The notes beneath the pieces were generated by a model. The model saw only the letters and a list, made by a program, of their open reading frames with translations, was not told where the DNA came from and did not search any database. Below are positions 8,575 to 17,964 of a stretch of 64,000 nt of DNA, piece by piece (within the stretch, counting starts at the first letter, position 1; the number at the start of each line of letters is the position of its first letter). Both the position numbers and the translations under genes were made by a program. The DNA lies in contig DJJA01000006.1 of the NCBI GenBank assembly GCA_002433895.1, forward strand, positions 104,630 to 168,629. The letters run 5' to 3'. Source of the stretch: Candidatus Gottesmanbacteria bacterium UBA6580 (GTDB taxonomy: Bacteria; Patescibacteriota; Microgenomatia; UBA10105; UBA927).

Positions 8575-9782
8575 ACACCATCCAACCACTCAAAGGATTC
8601 CGTGATTTTTTGCCTGCAGAGGCCGCCAAACGCAAATGGCTCCGCGACAAACTCGCGGGCATTTTTGAATCCTGGGGGTTTGCGCCGCTCGAGACCCCAA
8701 CGCTAGAGCCACTCGAAATATTTGCGGGAGCCATCGGCGAGGACGAAAAGCTGTTTTTTAAATTCAAAGATCAGGGCGAACGGGATGTCGCGCTCCGCTA
8801 TGATCAGACGGTGCCTACCTGCCGTGTAGTGGCACAATACCAAAACCAACTCGCCTTCCCGTTTAAGCGGTACCAGATACAACCGGCATTCAGAGCCGAG
8901 AAGCCGCAAAAAGGCAGGTACCGGGAGTTTACCCAAGCGGACGCTGACATATTTGGTATAAAAACCCCGGATGCAGATGCCGAAGTCATCGCGCTATCGC
9001 TGGAAATCTACAAACAGCTCGGATTTAAAAAAGCACTCGTCCGCATCAACTCCCGTGCGCTTTTTCAAAACATGCCGTACGAAGCAATCGTTTCCATCGA
9101 TAAAATCAAAAAAATCGGTGATGACGGCGTGCTTTCTGAAATGGAGAAAAAAGGCATCAGCCCGGATAAAGCCCGCGAATATCTGTCGTATGTAAAAAAC
9201 CTCAAACCAAACGAGGAAATTGCATTTATCCTGAAGTACATAAAAAATTATGGATTTCCTGATGACTGGTATGCGTTTGACCCGACAATTGCCCGCTCAT
9301 TCTCCTACTCGATGGGGCCAATTTGGGAAATAGAAATACCCGATGCCGGATACAATATGTCGGTGCTGGGCGGTGAACGATACGACGGATTATTGGAAAA
9401 ATTTGCCGGCCGCGATATCGGCGGCACCGGGTTTGCGGTGGGTTTTGACCGCACACTCGAAGCTGCGGAAATCATGGGGCTCATCCCCGCGTTATCCGTA
9501 GCGGGACAAGTGCTCGTCACCATATTTTCCAAAGATGTATTACCCAACGCCCAGCAAATCGCGCAAACGCTGCGGATAAACGGTGTTGCCGCGGACTTAT
9601 ACCCTAACGCGGATAAACTGGAAAAACAGTTAAAGTACGCCGATAAAAACGCTATCCCCTACGTCGTTATCCAGGGGCCCGATGAAGCAACCCGCGGTAT
9701 GGTAAAACTCAAAAACATGAAAACCAAGGATCAAAAAGAAGTATCGCTTGCCGAGCTTCCAAAATTGTTCATAAACGATTGA
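8571..9782 (+). CDS. hisS: histidyl-tRNA synthetase
   Basis: Class II aaRS motifs (GFRDFLP, RYDQTVP, FRAEKPQKGRYREFTQ) and a C-terminal HisRS anticodon-binding domain. Confidence 0.85.
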   Translation: MNTIQPLKGFRDFLPAEAAKRKWLRDKLAGIFESWGFAPLETPTLEPLEIFAGAIGEDEKLFFKFKDQGERDVALRYDQTVPTCRVVAQYQNQLAFPFKRYQIQPAFRAEKPQKGRYREFTQADADIFGIKTPDADAEVIALSLEIYKQLGFKKALVRINSRALFQNMPYEAIVSIDKIKKIGDDGVLSEMEKKGISPDKAREYLSYVKNLKPNEEIAFILKYIKNYGFPDDWYAFDPTIARSFSYSMGPIWEIEIPDAGYNMSVLGGERYDGLLEKFAGRDIGGTGFAVGFDRTLEAAEIMGLIPALSVAGQVLVTIFSKDVLPNAQQIAQTLRINGVAADLYPNADKLEKQLKYADKNAIPYVVIQGPDEATRGMVKLKNMKTKDQKEVSLAELPKLFIND

Positions 9783-9797
9783 AGAAATTATACTGCC

Positions 9798-10715
9798 ATG
9801 AGTCGTAGAACCACTGCCGCGCTCTATCTCCTCCTCGTCTCGGTTATCTGGGGTGCAGCGAGTCCGGTCGTAAAAAACACCCTCCAATGGTTTGACCCAT
9901 GGCTGTTTCTCACCTACCGTTTTTTTGTAAGCGCGCTTATCGCATTTCCGTATCTTTCACTGACCGGGGTACAAATGCCCAAAAAACCAGCACACCTTTG
10001 GCTTGTGATGATGACTGGCTTCGTATCGGCACCACTGTCGCTTTTTCTCTTTTTCGAGGCGCTGGATAAAACCACGGCACTCTCAGGAAGCCTTATTACT
10101 GCCGCGGGGCCCCTCTTTCTTATTCTTGGCGGCGTATTGTTTTTCCGTGACCGTATCACACGCAACGAAAAAATCGGCATAGGCATCGCTCTCGCCGGCA
10201 CCATTCTTACGGTCATCGGGCCGCTTATCCTCAATGGCCATTCGAACACCCTGGGCAAACTTGAGGGAAATGGCCTCATGCTGCTTGCGGTCATCACCGA
10301 TATCATCGGCGCGCTTATGAGCAAAGAGGCGATGAAAAAGGGTATTCATGCCACGCTTGTTGCCCAAACCCAATTTATTCTGGGATTTGTGATCTTTTTA
10401 CCCGTCCTGTTCCTCCGTCAGCCGCCGGAAGTTGCATGGGCAGCGCTTGTTTCTGCCCCACTGCAGGCTCACGCCGGAGTACTTTATATGGCTGTGCTTT
10501 CCGGTACCGTCGCCTATACCATACGCAATATTGCCGTGAAAACAATAGAGGTTTCCGAATCCGCACTGTACCAATATCTACAGCCTTTGTGGGCGGCTAT
10601 TCTGGCTGTTTTGTGGTTAAAAGAAGCGATAACCCCATCCTATATCCTGGGTGGCGTGATTATCGCCGTCGGCGTCTTCATCGCAGAAAAGAAACAGAGA
10701 AAAAAATTAAAATAG
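9798..10715 (+). CDS. EamA/DMT-family transporter
   Basis: About ten TM helices in two EamA-like halves. Confidence 0.7.
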   Translation: MSRRTTAALYLLLVSVIWGAASPVVKNTLQWFDPWLFLTYRFFVSALIAFPYLSLTGVQMPKKPAHLWLVMMTGFVSAPLSLFLFFEALDKTTALSGSLITAAGPLFLILGGVLFFRDRITRNEKIGIGIALAGTILTVIGPLILNGHSNTLGKLEGNGLMLLAVITDIIGALMSKEAMKKGIHATLVAQTQFILGFVIFLPVLFLRQPPEVAWAALVSAPLQAHAGVLYMAVLSGTVAYTIRNIAVKTIEVSESALYQYLQPLWAAILAVLWLKEAITPSYILGGVIIAVGVFIAEKKQRKKLK

Positions 10716-10717
10716 CG

Positions 10718-11056
10718 TTATTTCTCAACGAAAATACTCACCCACGCCAAACTTTTCCGCGTTTTCCGTGCGGAGATCTCAAACCACCCATGTTGTGTAT
10801 CAACATTTGACTTGACTCCTCCCCCACTTGGAACAGCGACATCTACACTCACTTCCCTGCCTTCAACGTATGCCCGGGTATGTAAAGAAAATGATGTTCT
10901 CCGCTTTCTCGGCACATTCGCATGCAAAAAGCCGTCCTCGTCTAGCGTTATTTCCCCCAATGTCGGATGACGGAATACGGTGCCTGGAGCGTACTCCCTC
11001 TCAATAGAGCGTAACCGCGCAGAGCGATAAGGCTTGTGAACAACAGTGAGACGCAT
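10718..11056 (-). CDS. hypothetical protein
   Basis: A 112-aa ORF with no recognisable motif. Confidence 0.35.
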   Translation of the reverse strand: MRLTVVHKPYRSARLRSIEREYAPGTVFRHPTLGEITLDEDGFLHANVPRKRRTSFSLHTRAYVEGREVSVDVAVPSGGGVKSNVDTQHGWFEISARKTRKSLAWVSIFVEK

Positions 11057-11151
11057 AAGAGGGTATTATATATTGCATCCTATAATATATCAATTTGACC
11101 TCCCAGTCCCATACTGTACGTAGATCGATATTTTTGCTATAATAGTCCTCT

Positions 11152-11451
11152 ATGAAGTCCGACATTCACCCAAAATGGTTTGCAGACGCGGTAGTTTCGT
11201 GTGCCTGTGGCAATACGTTTACCGTGGGCGCTACCAAGGATAAAATCCAGGTGGAAATCTGCGGCAAATGCCATCCGTTCTTCACCGGAGAAATGCGCTT
11301 TGTCGATACCATGGGTCGCGTAGAGCGTTTCCAGAATAAGCAGAAACAAGCGGCAACCAGCGGTTATATATCAAAGAAAAAGAAGAAACAGCAAAGTGCT
11401 ACTACTACGACCCCGAAATCTCTCAAAGAGATGTTGATGGGCTTAAAGTAG
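11152..11451 (+). CDS. rpmE: 50S ribosomal protein L31 (with Lys-rich C-terminal extension)
   Basis: MKSDIHPKW...CxxC...CHPFFTG zinc-ribbon pattern of L31. Confidence 0.9.
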   Translation: MKSDIHPKWFADAVVSCACGNTFTVGATKDKIQVEICGKCHPFFTGEMRFVDTMGRVERFQNKQKQAATSGYISKKKKKQQSATTTTPKSLKEMLMGLK

Positions 11452-11529
11452 CTATACTGAGTTTAGAAAACACCTGTTAAGTGAAGCCTCGTGCTACACT
11501 GAACATAACGTTTTCTAAACTCTTTTTTT

Positions 11530-12225
11530 ATGAATACCGATATTGCCATCATGGAATTCCGCGCAGGCCCCGGCGGCGAAGAAGCCAAATTGTGGGCTGC
11601 CGACCTCATGCGCATGTACAGCCGCTACGCGGCTATCCTGGGCTGGAAGGTAGAGCAGCTGGATACACTCACCATCCGAATCAAAGGACTAGGCGCGTTT
11701 ACCAAACTACAATATGAAGCAGGGACACACCGGGTACAACGGACACCCTCTACCGAACGGCACGGCCGTATCCACACCTCTACGGCGACGATCGCCGTCC
11801 TTCCCGAAGTACCCGAAAATGAAATAACCGTCCGCCCAGAAGATATCGAATGGGACTTTTACCGGGCAGGCGGCAAAGGCGGGCAAAACGTCAATAAAGT
11901 TTCCAGTGCCGTACGTATCCGGCATATCCCAAGCGGCATCGTTGTCCAGTGCCAAACGGAACGGGATCAGTATCAAAATAGACAGGTAGCGCTCGGTATG
12001 CTCCGGGCGAAGCTATGGGAACGGCAACTGATGGAGCGCGAACAATCCATGAGTGACCAGCGGAGCATCATCGGACGCGGCATGCGGAGCGAAAAAATCC
12101 GTACCTATAACTTCCCCCAAAACAGGGTGACAGATCACCGGATAAACAAATCATGGCACAACCTCGAAGATATTATCGAAGGAAAAATGCAAAAAATTAC
12201 GGAAGCCATGCTTACCATCCAATAA
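11530..12225 (+). CDS. class I peptide chain release factor, RF1-like, lacking N-terminal domain 1
   Basis: GGQ motif (RAGGKGGQNVNK), RF1-type decoding loop (HRVQRTPSTERHGRIHTSTATIAVLPE) and C-terminal RTYNFPQNRVTDHR. At 231 aa it begins at the position equivalent to about residue 110 of E. coli RF1. An in-frame stop 78 nt upstream excludes an N-terminal extension. Confidence 0.8.
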   Translation: MNTDIAIMEFRAGPGGEEAKLWAADLMRMYSRYAAILGWKVEQLDTLTIRIKGLGAFTKLQYEAGTHRVQRTPSTERHGRIHTSTATIAVLPEVPENEITVRPEDIEWDFYRAGGKGGQNVNKVSSAVRIRHIPSGIVVQCQTERDQYQNRQVALGMLRAKLWERQLMEREQSMSDQRSIIGRGMRSEKIRTYNFPQNRVTDHRINKSWHNLEDIIEGKMQKITEAMLTIQ

Positions 12226-12329
12226 CCTATACCATGACCGGAAAAAGACACCGCACAAGAGAAGATATTTTTGGAAGATTATCAAATAGAACCATCACCC
12301 GCCAAATGCGAAGAGGGCTAGAACCCGAT

Positions 12330-13502
12330 TTACTCTTGTGTACCTAGCGTGACCGTAAATGTCCGTTCCTCACCTTCCCGCCACACAGTACATGACACGA
12401 CATCTCCCACCTTTTTCTTTCCGACAATACGGGCAAGATCATTGGCGGTCGTCACCTTATCGCCGTTTATCCGGGTGATAATATCATCGGGCTGTATACC
12501 CGCGCGTTCCGCCGGGCTCCCCTCGACAATATTCATGACATACGCGCCTTCAGGAATTTCATTTAATACCGCGACCTGGCGGCTGATCATGCGGTACTCA
12601 ACCCCAACAAATGGCCGGTTGAACTGACCCGTGGTATTAAAGTTGTTCACCGCTTCTTTCACCGTATTGATGGGGAGGGCAAACCCGATACTTTGCCCTT
12701 CCGCGGAAACAGCGGTATTGACACCAATTACCTGACCGGCTGAGTTTAGTAGCGGCCCACCGGAATTACCCGGGTTTATCGCGGCATCAGTTTGTATCAC
12801 ATTGTCTAGACGCTCTGCCGAACTTGCAAACGGGTCACCAGCGGTTATCCCGCGGCCAACTCCTGAAATAACGCCGACGGTGACCGTATTACGGAATTCT
12901 CCGAGCGCGGTGCCGATCGCGATCGCCATCTGCCCGACCTTAATGTTGTCTGAGTCGCCCATTTCTATAGGGGTAAGTCCGGTTGCGTCGATTTTGACGA
13001 TAGCCAAATCGCTATCGGGATCACGGTAAATTTTGACGATATCATAGGACTTGTCATCCGCCGTAATCACCCGGTATTTCGCGTTCGGCACAGACACCAC
13101 ATGCTTATTGGTAACCACTAATCCATCGCCTGAAATGATAAATCCGCTCCCGATATCTTGCTCAATGGTGGTGCCCCTACCCTGCGGGGAAAACGGGTCA
13201 AACGGATTAAAATCAAATATATCGCTCGCTCTTCGTGTCTGGGAAATGCCCACAGTCACGACCGAGGGTGACACGCGCTCAACTACTTCCGTAATCACAT
13301 TTTCCTCTTCCACCACTTTGATACGGTCAGGAGAAAGGTTTAATGAAGATACGCCGTCATTTGGCAACCTGAGCCACTGGTTCACATATTGCCAATTCAA
13401 CCCTAACCACCCGGCAGATACCGTGCCACCAATGAGAATAAGGACGGCAGCGATGATAATGAGGGAATTTTGAAGTTTCATATGGAAAAAAGTATACGAC
13501 AA
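12330..13502 (-). CDS. HtrA/DegP-family serine protease with PDZ domain
   Basis: Catalytic GNSGGPLLN motif, trypsin-like fold and a C-terminal PDZ domain. N-terminal TM anchor. Confidence 0.9.
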   Translation of the reverse strand: MSYTFFHMKLQNSLIIIAAVLILIGGTVSAGWLGLNWQYVNQWLRLPNDGVSSLNLSPDRIKVVEEENVITEVVERVSPSVVTVGISQTRRASDIFDFNPFDPFSPQGRGTTIEQDIGSGFIISGDGLVVTNKHVVSVPNAKYRVITADDKSYDIVKIYRDPDSDLAIVKIDATGLTPIEMGDSDNIKVGQMAIAIGTALGEFRNTVTVGVISGVGRGITAGDPFASSAERLDNVIQTDAAINPGNSGGPLLNSAGQVIGVNTAVSAEGQSIGFALPINTVKEAVNNFNTTGQFNRPFVGVEYRMISRQVAVLNEIPEGAYVMNIVEGSPAERAGIQPDDIITRINGDKVTTANDLARIVGKKKVGDVVSCTVWREGEERTFTVTLGTQE

Positions 13503-13525
13503 CTTCCGAAAATGTCAAAAGCTTC

Positions 13526-14815
13526 TTACTTAAAAAGAAGCTCTATGGCACGCGCAAACTGCCCGTCTGCGGTCGCTGCATTGGCGGGATCAAGTGTAAC
13601 GACAAGGTCCGGGGTAAGGCCTTTTTCACTGATAGAAGTGCCTCCCGGCAATAGCCATTTTCCGGTGGTAATATGCACGCTGGAGCCACCGGAAAGGTCA
13701 AACGGTGTCTGTACCGTGCCTTTACCAAATGTCGTCTCACCGACCAACTTTGCCCGGTTGCTGTCCCGAAGCGCTCCCGCGACGATTTCCGCGGCGGACG
13801 CGCTCCCCTGGTTTACCAGCACGACGACTTTCATACCGGTCAATTTCCCCTTGCGGTCAGTCGGATAATCCTGACGGGTTCCGTCGCTATTTACCTGTGA
13901 CACCACCGTGCCACCTTTCATAAATTCACTGGCGATATACACCGCACCATCGAGATAACCACCCGGGTTATTGCGCAAATCCAGCACTAATCCCGCGAGC
14001 TTCCCGTTTTTTTCAGCGGTTAAAATTTCATTCACTGCCTTGTCCCAATCCGCGTTCGTATTATCCCCAAATCTCGTTAGGTTGATATAAGCTACCCGGC
14101 TGTTGTCTGAACGAAGCTTGAGCGAAGCTGCTTCCGTTGCTGCGGAAATCTCCTCAACGTCCCGCACGTTTTTCACCCACCAGGTGACTGATGGCACCGT
14201 GATCGTGTTTCTCACGATCTCCACTTCTCTGGGCCCTTCGGAAGAAAGCGGGCTCAAAAGCAACAAGCGTACCTTCGTGTTTTTTGGCCCGCGGATGCGG
14301 TCAACTGCCTGATCGACCGTCCAGCCGGCGGTTTCGGCATCATCAACTTTAAGGATAATATCATTGGGAAGTACTCCCGCCGCTTCCGCTGGTGTACCTT
14401 TAAGCGGTGACACCACAATCACCCTGCCGTCTTTCATCCCCAACTGCGCGCCGATACCTTCAAACGCGCCGCCCAAATCTTCCTTGAACTGTTTGTTTTC
14501 CTGCGGCGGGAAAAATGACGTATACGGATCACCAACCGCGGCAACCATGCCGGTGACCGCGCCGTATACCAATTTTTGGATATCAATCGCCTTGGGGTCT
14601 ATATAATACCGTGATACTTTACCCCACACATCCCAAAACAGATTAAAGTCAACATTGGTGCCATCGGGGGCTTCAGTATTGATTACTGGTCTGCTGTCGA
14701 CGAAGTTTACAGAAGCTTTCCGCTCACCTAACCGGTACCCTGCTCCACCAACGAGAATAAGAAGTGCGACAAGAAGAATAACCGATCGTATTTTAGAAAA
14801 TGGCAGGGATTTCAT
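13526..14815 (-). CDS. carboxyl-terminal processing protease (S41, CtpA-like) with PDZ domain
   Basis: S41 motif LVLDLRNNPGGYLDGAV. Start taken at MKSLPF (14815), 9 nt downstream of the rpsR stop. The track ORF over-extends into rpsR. Confidence 0.85.
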   Translation of the reverse strand: MKSLPFSKIRSVILLVALLILVGGAGYRLGERKASVNFVDSRPVINTEAPDGTNVDFNLFWDVWGKVSRYYIDPKAIDIQKLVYGAVTGMVAAVGDPYTSFFPPQENKQFKEDLGGAFEGIGAQLGMKDGRVIVVSPLKGTPAEAAGVLPNDIILKVDDAETAGWTVDQAVDRIRGPKNTKVRLLLLSPLSSEGPREVEIVRNTITVPSVTWWVKNVRDVEEISAATEAASLKLRSDNSRVAYINLTRFGDNTNADWDKAVNEILTAEKNGKLAGLVLDLRNNPGGYLDGAVYIASEFMKGGTVVSQVNSDGTRQDYPTDRKGKLTGMKVVVLVNQGSASAAEIVAGALRDSNRAKLVGETTFGKGTVQTPFDLSGGSSVHITTGKWLLPGGTSISEKGLTPDLVVTLDPANAATADGQFARAIELLFK

Positions 14816-14823
14816 TGAAAGCC

Positions 14824-15069
14824 TCAAGCACGCACCACAAACGGTAACAGGGCCACTAACCGTGCTCGCTTTATCGCTTGCTCTACGCGGCGCTGATGCT
14901 TGGCGCATACGCCGGTACGGGCACGGCCCTGTAACTTACCACGCTCAGTGACATATTTATCCAACGCTGCGACATCCTTGTAGTCAGGATTTGTTTTTGC
15001 CGCACAAAACGGGCAATTGGTCGGAACTGGCCGCAATTTTCGTACAAATTTTCCAGATCGTTTCATCAT
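14824..15069 (-). CDS. rpsR: 30S ribosomal protein S18
   Basis: An 81-aa ORF with the CPFC zinc motif and the canonical S18 C-terminus. Confidence 0.9.
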   Translation of the reverse strand: MMKRSGKFVRKLRPVPTNCPFCAAKTNPDYKDVAALDKYVTERGKLQGRARTGVCAKHQRRVEQAIKRARLVALLPFVVRA

Positions 15070-15127
15070 AGTTTTAACTTTTTACATGTAACAGTTAACT
15101 GTTAACAGTCAATTGTTAATAGTTATT
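15070..15127. repeat. GTTAAC-rich palindromic motif cluster (copy 1)
   Basis: Reads catgtAACAGTTAACTGTTAACAGTCAATTGTTAATAGTTA. Positions 15100-15124 match 44445-44469 at 24 of 25 nt. Confidence 0.7.
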
Positions 15128-15607
15128 TTAGAACGGTATATCGTCAGGATTTACATTTTCAGCCGCTGCTGGCTGGCTTACTGGTGCTTCCTCACTCTCT
15201 GTCTTACTTGGTTTCTTCTTCACTTCTTCTTCCGCTTCCGGTGCTGCTTCTTCTCCTCCGGCAGCCGGCCGCTTGGAATCGAGGACGATCATGTCTTCGA
15301 TAACAATCTCCGTACTTGTCCGTTGTGCACCGTCTTGGGCTTGCCAGGCGCTCGTCCTGAGCCTTCCTTCAACATACACCTTTCGCCCCTTTGCTAACAA
15401 CTGGCTGCAAAGTTCAGCAAGCTTATTCCAGGCTACCACCCGGTGGAATTCAGTTTCTTCTTTTTTTTCACCGCTATCGGTTACCCATGCTCTGTTTGTC
15501 GCGAGCCCGATGGTACAAACTGCTGCCCCTGTCGGGGTGTACCGTAATTCCGGGTCACGGGTCAGATTACCGATCAATATGACCTTGTTTAAGCTTCTAC
15601 TAGACAT
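15128..15607 (-). CDS. ssb: single-stranded DNA-binding protein
   Basis: OB-fold sequence with an acidic C-terminal tail ending DDIPF. Confidence 0.95.
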   Translation of the reverse strand: MSSRSLNKVILIGNLTRDPELRYTPTGAAVCTIGLATNRAWVTDSGEKKEETEFHRVVAWNKLAELCSQLLAKGRKVYVEGRLRTSAWQAQDGAQRTSTEIVIEDMIVLDSKRPAAGGEEAAPEAEEEVKKKPSKTESEEAPVSQPAAAENVNPDDIPF

Positions 15608-15633
15608 AACACTCCTTTATCAACCCCTGTCGT

Positions 15634-15912
15634 TTACTCTTTTACCGTCAGCAAGAACCGGAGAATTTCCGGCATCAATTTTGATTTCTTATCTAAATCT
15701 GCTGATTTTACGGTTCCTTCGACAACAGCGACAAGATAGGTGGCTTCTTCCTGTTTCTTGATAGGATACGCCAACGTCTTTTTGCCGAGTGAGGTTACTT
15801 CCTTCACTTTGCCGTTCTCTCCAACGAGTTTGGCAACTAAATCTTTTTGTGATTTATCCCCCGTCAAATCAACGGAAGAGGAAACCACAACCATAAGTTC
15901 ATATGTCGTCAT
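15634..15912 (-). CDS. rpsF: 30S ribosomal protein S6
   Basis: MTTYELMVVV start and canonical rpsF-ssb-rpsR gene order. Confidence 0.85.
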   Translation of the reverse strand: MTTYELMVVVSSSVDLTGDKSQKDLVAKLVGENGKVKEVTSLGKKTLAYPIKKQEEATYLVAVVEGTVKSADLDKKSKLMPEILRFLLTVKE

Positions 15913-15958
15913 AGGTGGAATGGTACCATAGGAAAGGGCAAAATCCAAGAAGGAATTA

Positions 15959-16058
15959 GCTTCCTATCTTAAATTCGACTACACCCGCCCGCCATGCAAG
16001 CCGAGTTAGATGAGGCGTTGCGGGCAGGTCCCCGTAACTAACTTCCTATCTTAAATTC
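15959..16058. repeat. 17-bp direct repeat (CTTCCTATCTTAAATTC) flanking an 83-bp segment; duplicated 3' end of ychF
   Basis: Copies lie at 15959-15975 and 16042-16058. On the minus strand both read GAATTTAAGATAGGAAG followed by a stop, which is the last six codons of ychF (EFKIGS*). Confidence 0.8.
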
Positions 16059-17114
16059 TATAACATCTCCGTCCTGCACCAAATACTCTTTGCCCTCACT
16101 TCTCGCCTTGCCTGCTTCACGGGCTTTTTTCCACCCGCCCAACGAAACAAAGTCCGCAAACGACACCGTATCGGCTTTGATAAACTTTTTTTCAAAGTCT
16201 GTGTGTATCACCCCCGCGGCAGCCGGCGCCTTCATACCCTTTTCTATCGTCCAGGCACGTGATTCCAGCTCACCCGTCGTCAAAAATGATATAAGCCCCA
16301 AGGTTTCATACGCCGTGCGGATAAGTAAATCTAATCCTGATGACGCAACACCCAGAGACGCGAGATAATCTTTTTGCTCATCCGGTGTCATCGCCGCAAG
16401 TTCTGATTCCGTCTGGGCACATATATACACAATAGGAGAAAGGTTCGACTGCGGTGGATCCGCAAGTTGTGTTTCCGATACATTACCCACATACACAATG
16501 GGCTTCATCGTCAGCAACTGCAACGGACGGATAAGTTCCCGTTCGTCGGGATCAGTGAGTACTTCACGCGCGCGTTTACCCCCGTCCATTTCTTTGATCA
16601 AGCGCTTCGCTAATGCATATCTCGCCCGATCTTCTTTGGTCGCGTTCATTTTGGGTTCCTGTTGTTTGCCCAATGTCTGTAAGTCAGCAAGGACTAATTC
16701 TGTCTCCACAATCGCGCGGTCACGCTCCGCGTCTATTCCCCCTTCGGTATGCACGATATTGGAATCGGAAAAAAAGCGCAGGACATTACAGATAATATTT
16801 ACTTCCCGGATATGCGCGAGGAATTTGTTGCCCAGCCCTTCGCCTTCAGACGCACCTTTCACGAGCCCCGCGATATCGACAAACTCGACGGTGGCGGGGC
16901 GAAGCGGCGGAAGCTTTTCCAGTTTATCTTCTACTTTGGTGATTGCCGCAAGCTTCGCCAACCGCTCATCCGGCACGGGAACAACACCGACATTGGGCTC
17001 GATCGTCGCAAACGGATAGTTTGCGGCAAACGCGACCTGTTTCTTGAGCAGTGCATTAAACAGCGTGCTTTTCCCTGCATTGGGAAGGCCGACTATACCT
17101 ACTTTTAAATTCAT
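16038..17114 (-). CDS. ychF: ribosome-binding ATPase YchF (Obg-family GTPase)
   Basis: G1 GLPNAGKST, NxxD, TGS domain. 358 aa. Confidence 0.95.
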   Translation of the reverse strand: MNLKVGIVGLPNAGKSTLFNALLKKQVAFAANYPFATIEPNVGVVPVPDERLAKLAAITKVEDKLEKLPPLRPATVEFVDIAGLVKGASEGEGLGNKFLAHIREVNIICNVLRFFSDSNIVHTEGGIDAERDRAIVETELVLADLQTLGKQQEPKMNATKEDRARYALAKRLIKEMDGGKRAREVLTDPDERELIRPLQLLTMKPIVYVGNVSETQLADPPQSNLSPIVYICAQTESELAAMTPDEQKDYLASLGVASSGLDLLIRTAYETLGLISFLTTGELESRAWTIEKGMKAPAAAGVIHTDFEKKFIKADTVSFADFVSLGGWKKAREAGKARSEGKEYLVQDGDVIEFKIGS

Positions 17115-17138
17115 GAAAATGATTGTATCACGAAGCTA
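17101..17138. repeat. about 35-bp imperfect direct repeat copy A (ychF start region)
   Basis: ACTTTTAAATTCATGAAAATGATTGTATCACG. A second copy lies at 18193-18227 (ACTTTTAAATTCATGCCAAGATTGTATCACG). Confidence 0.8.
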
Positions 17139-17169
17139 GTCTATACAACATGAACAATGAAAGACGCCA

Positions 17170-17964
17170 TTAATCCTGTAAAGTTCTCACAAAACTCTTT
17201 CCAAGTTCTCCCATGATTCTATGTAGTGAGTTAGTATGTGGTAGTACTCTTTTTGTATATGGTGAGCCGTCATTTGATTTCTGTACGCCTAACAACTGTG
17301 CCTTTACACTATCATCCACTTTCCTCCACCCAAATCCCTCACTCCACCATCCACCTCTAGCTTTTGGATCAGGATCTAACGCTCCAGCTAGATAATCATG
17401 CTGAGCAACTTGTGTTTTAAATTGATCGGTCATAAAAGCAAAAAAATCTACGTGCTGAATTCCAACTGCTTTAAAAAGCGTTCGCATCCTCTCCCTTGTA
17501 GGTGGATTTTTCCTGTTCGTTTGCCAGCTTCGTGCATAATCATCGATAACTAATATTCTATCTTTAGGGTCTAAATTACTTCTCTTTACAATTTCATTAA
17601 CCCTCTTCTCAATAAGCTTTTTCCTTCTTCGCTCCTGTATCCCAAAATACATATTGGAGGATGTTAAGTTGTCATTTCTTTTCTTCTGTGTAAGCCAAGC
17701 GTTATACTGAGCTTGATTAAAGGTATCCCAATCTTCCTTAAGAAATGAGACATGAGGAAATTTTAATCCATATTCTTTCGCGATCAACGGACGCGAAGCC
17801 CAATACATTGGTCGCCCACTATCCTCAGGAAAAATTATGCATTTTGGCATATCAGCTTTTCTTAAAAGAAAATAATCATGAAGCTGTCTAAGCGCCTTGT
17901 GAATAACCTCCGTGTCAGAATGCGGTAACTGAAAGGCTTCTGCTTTCTGTAAGTCGCTTGTCAT
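17170..17964 (-). CDS. hypothetical protein in lower-GC accessory insertion
   Basis: A 264-aa ORF in a region AT-richer than its surroundings. It contains KDRILVIDDYARSWQT, a basic residue, four hydrophobics and DD, which loosely resembles the PRPP-binding loop of type I phosphoribosyltransferases. No firm family assignment. Confidence 0.5.
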   Translation of the reverse strand: MTSDLQKAEAFQLPHSDTEVIHKALRQLHDYFLLRKADMPKCIIFPEDSGRPMYWASRPLIAKEYGLKFPHVSFLKEDWDTFNQAQYNAWLTQKKRNDNLTSSNMYFGIQERRRKKLIEKRVNEIVKRSNLDPKDRILVIDDYARSWQTNRKNPPTRERMRTLFKAVGIQHVDFFAFMTDQFKTQVAQHDYLAGALDPDPKARGGWWSEGFGWRKVDDSVKAQLLGVQKSNDGSPYTKRVLPHTNSLHRIMGELGKSFVRTLQD

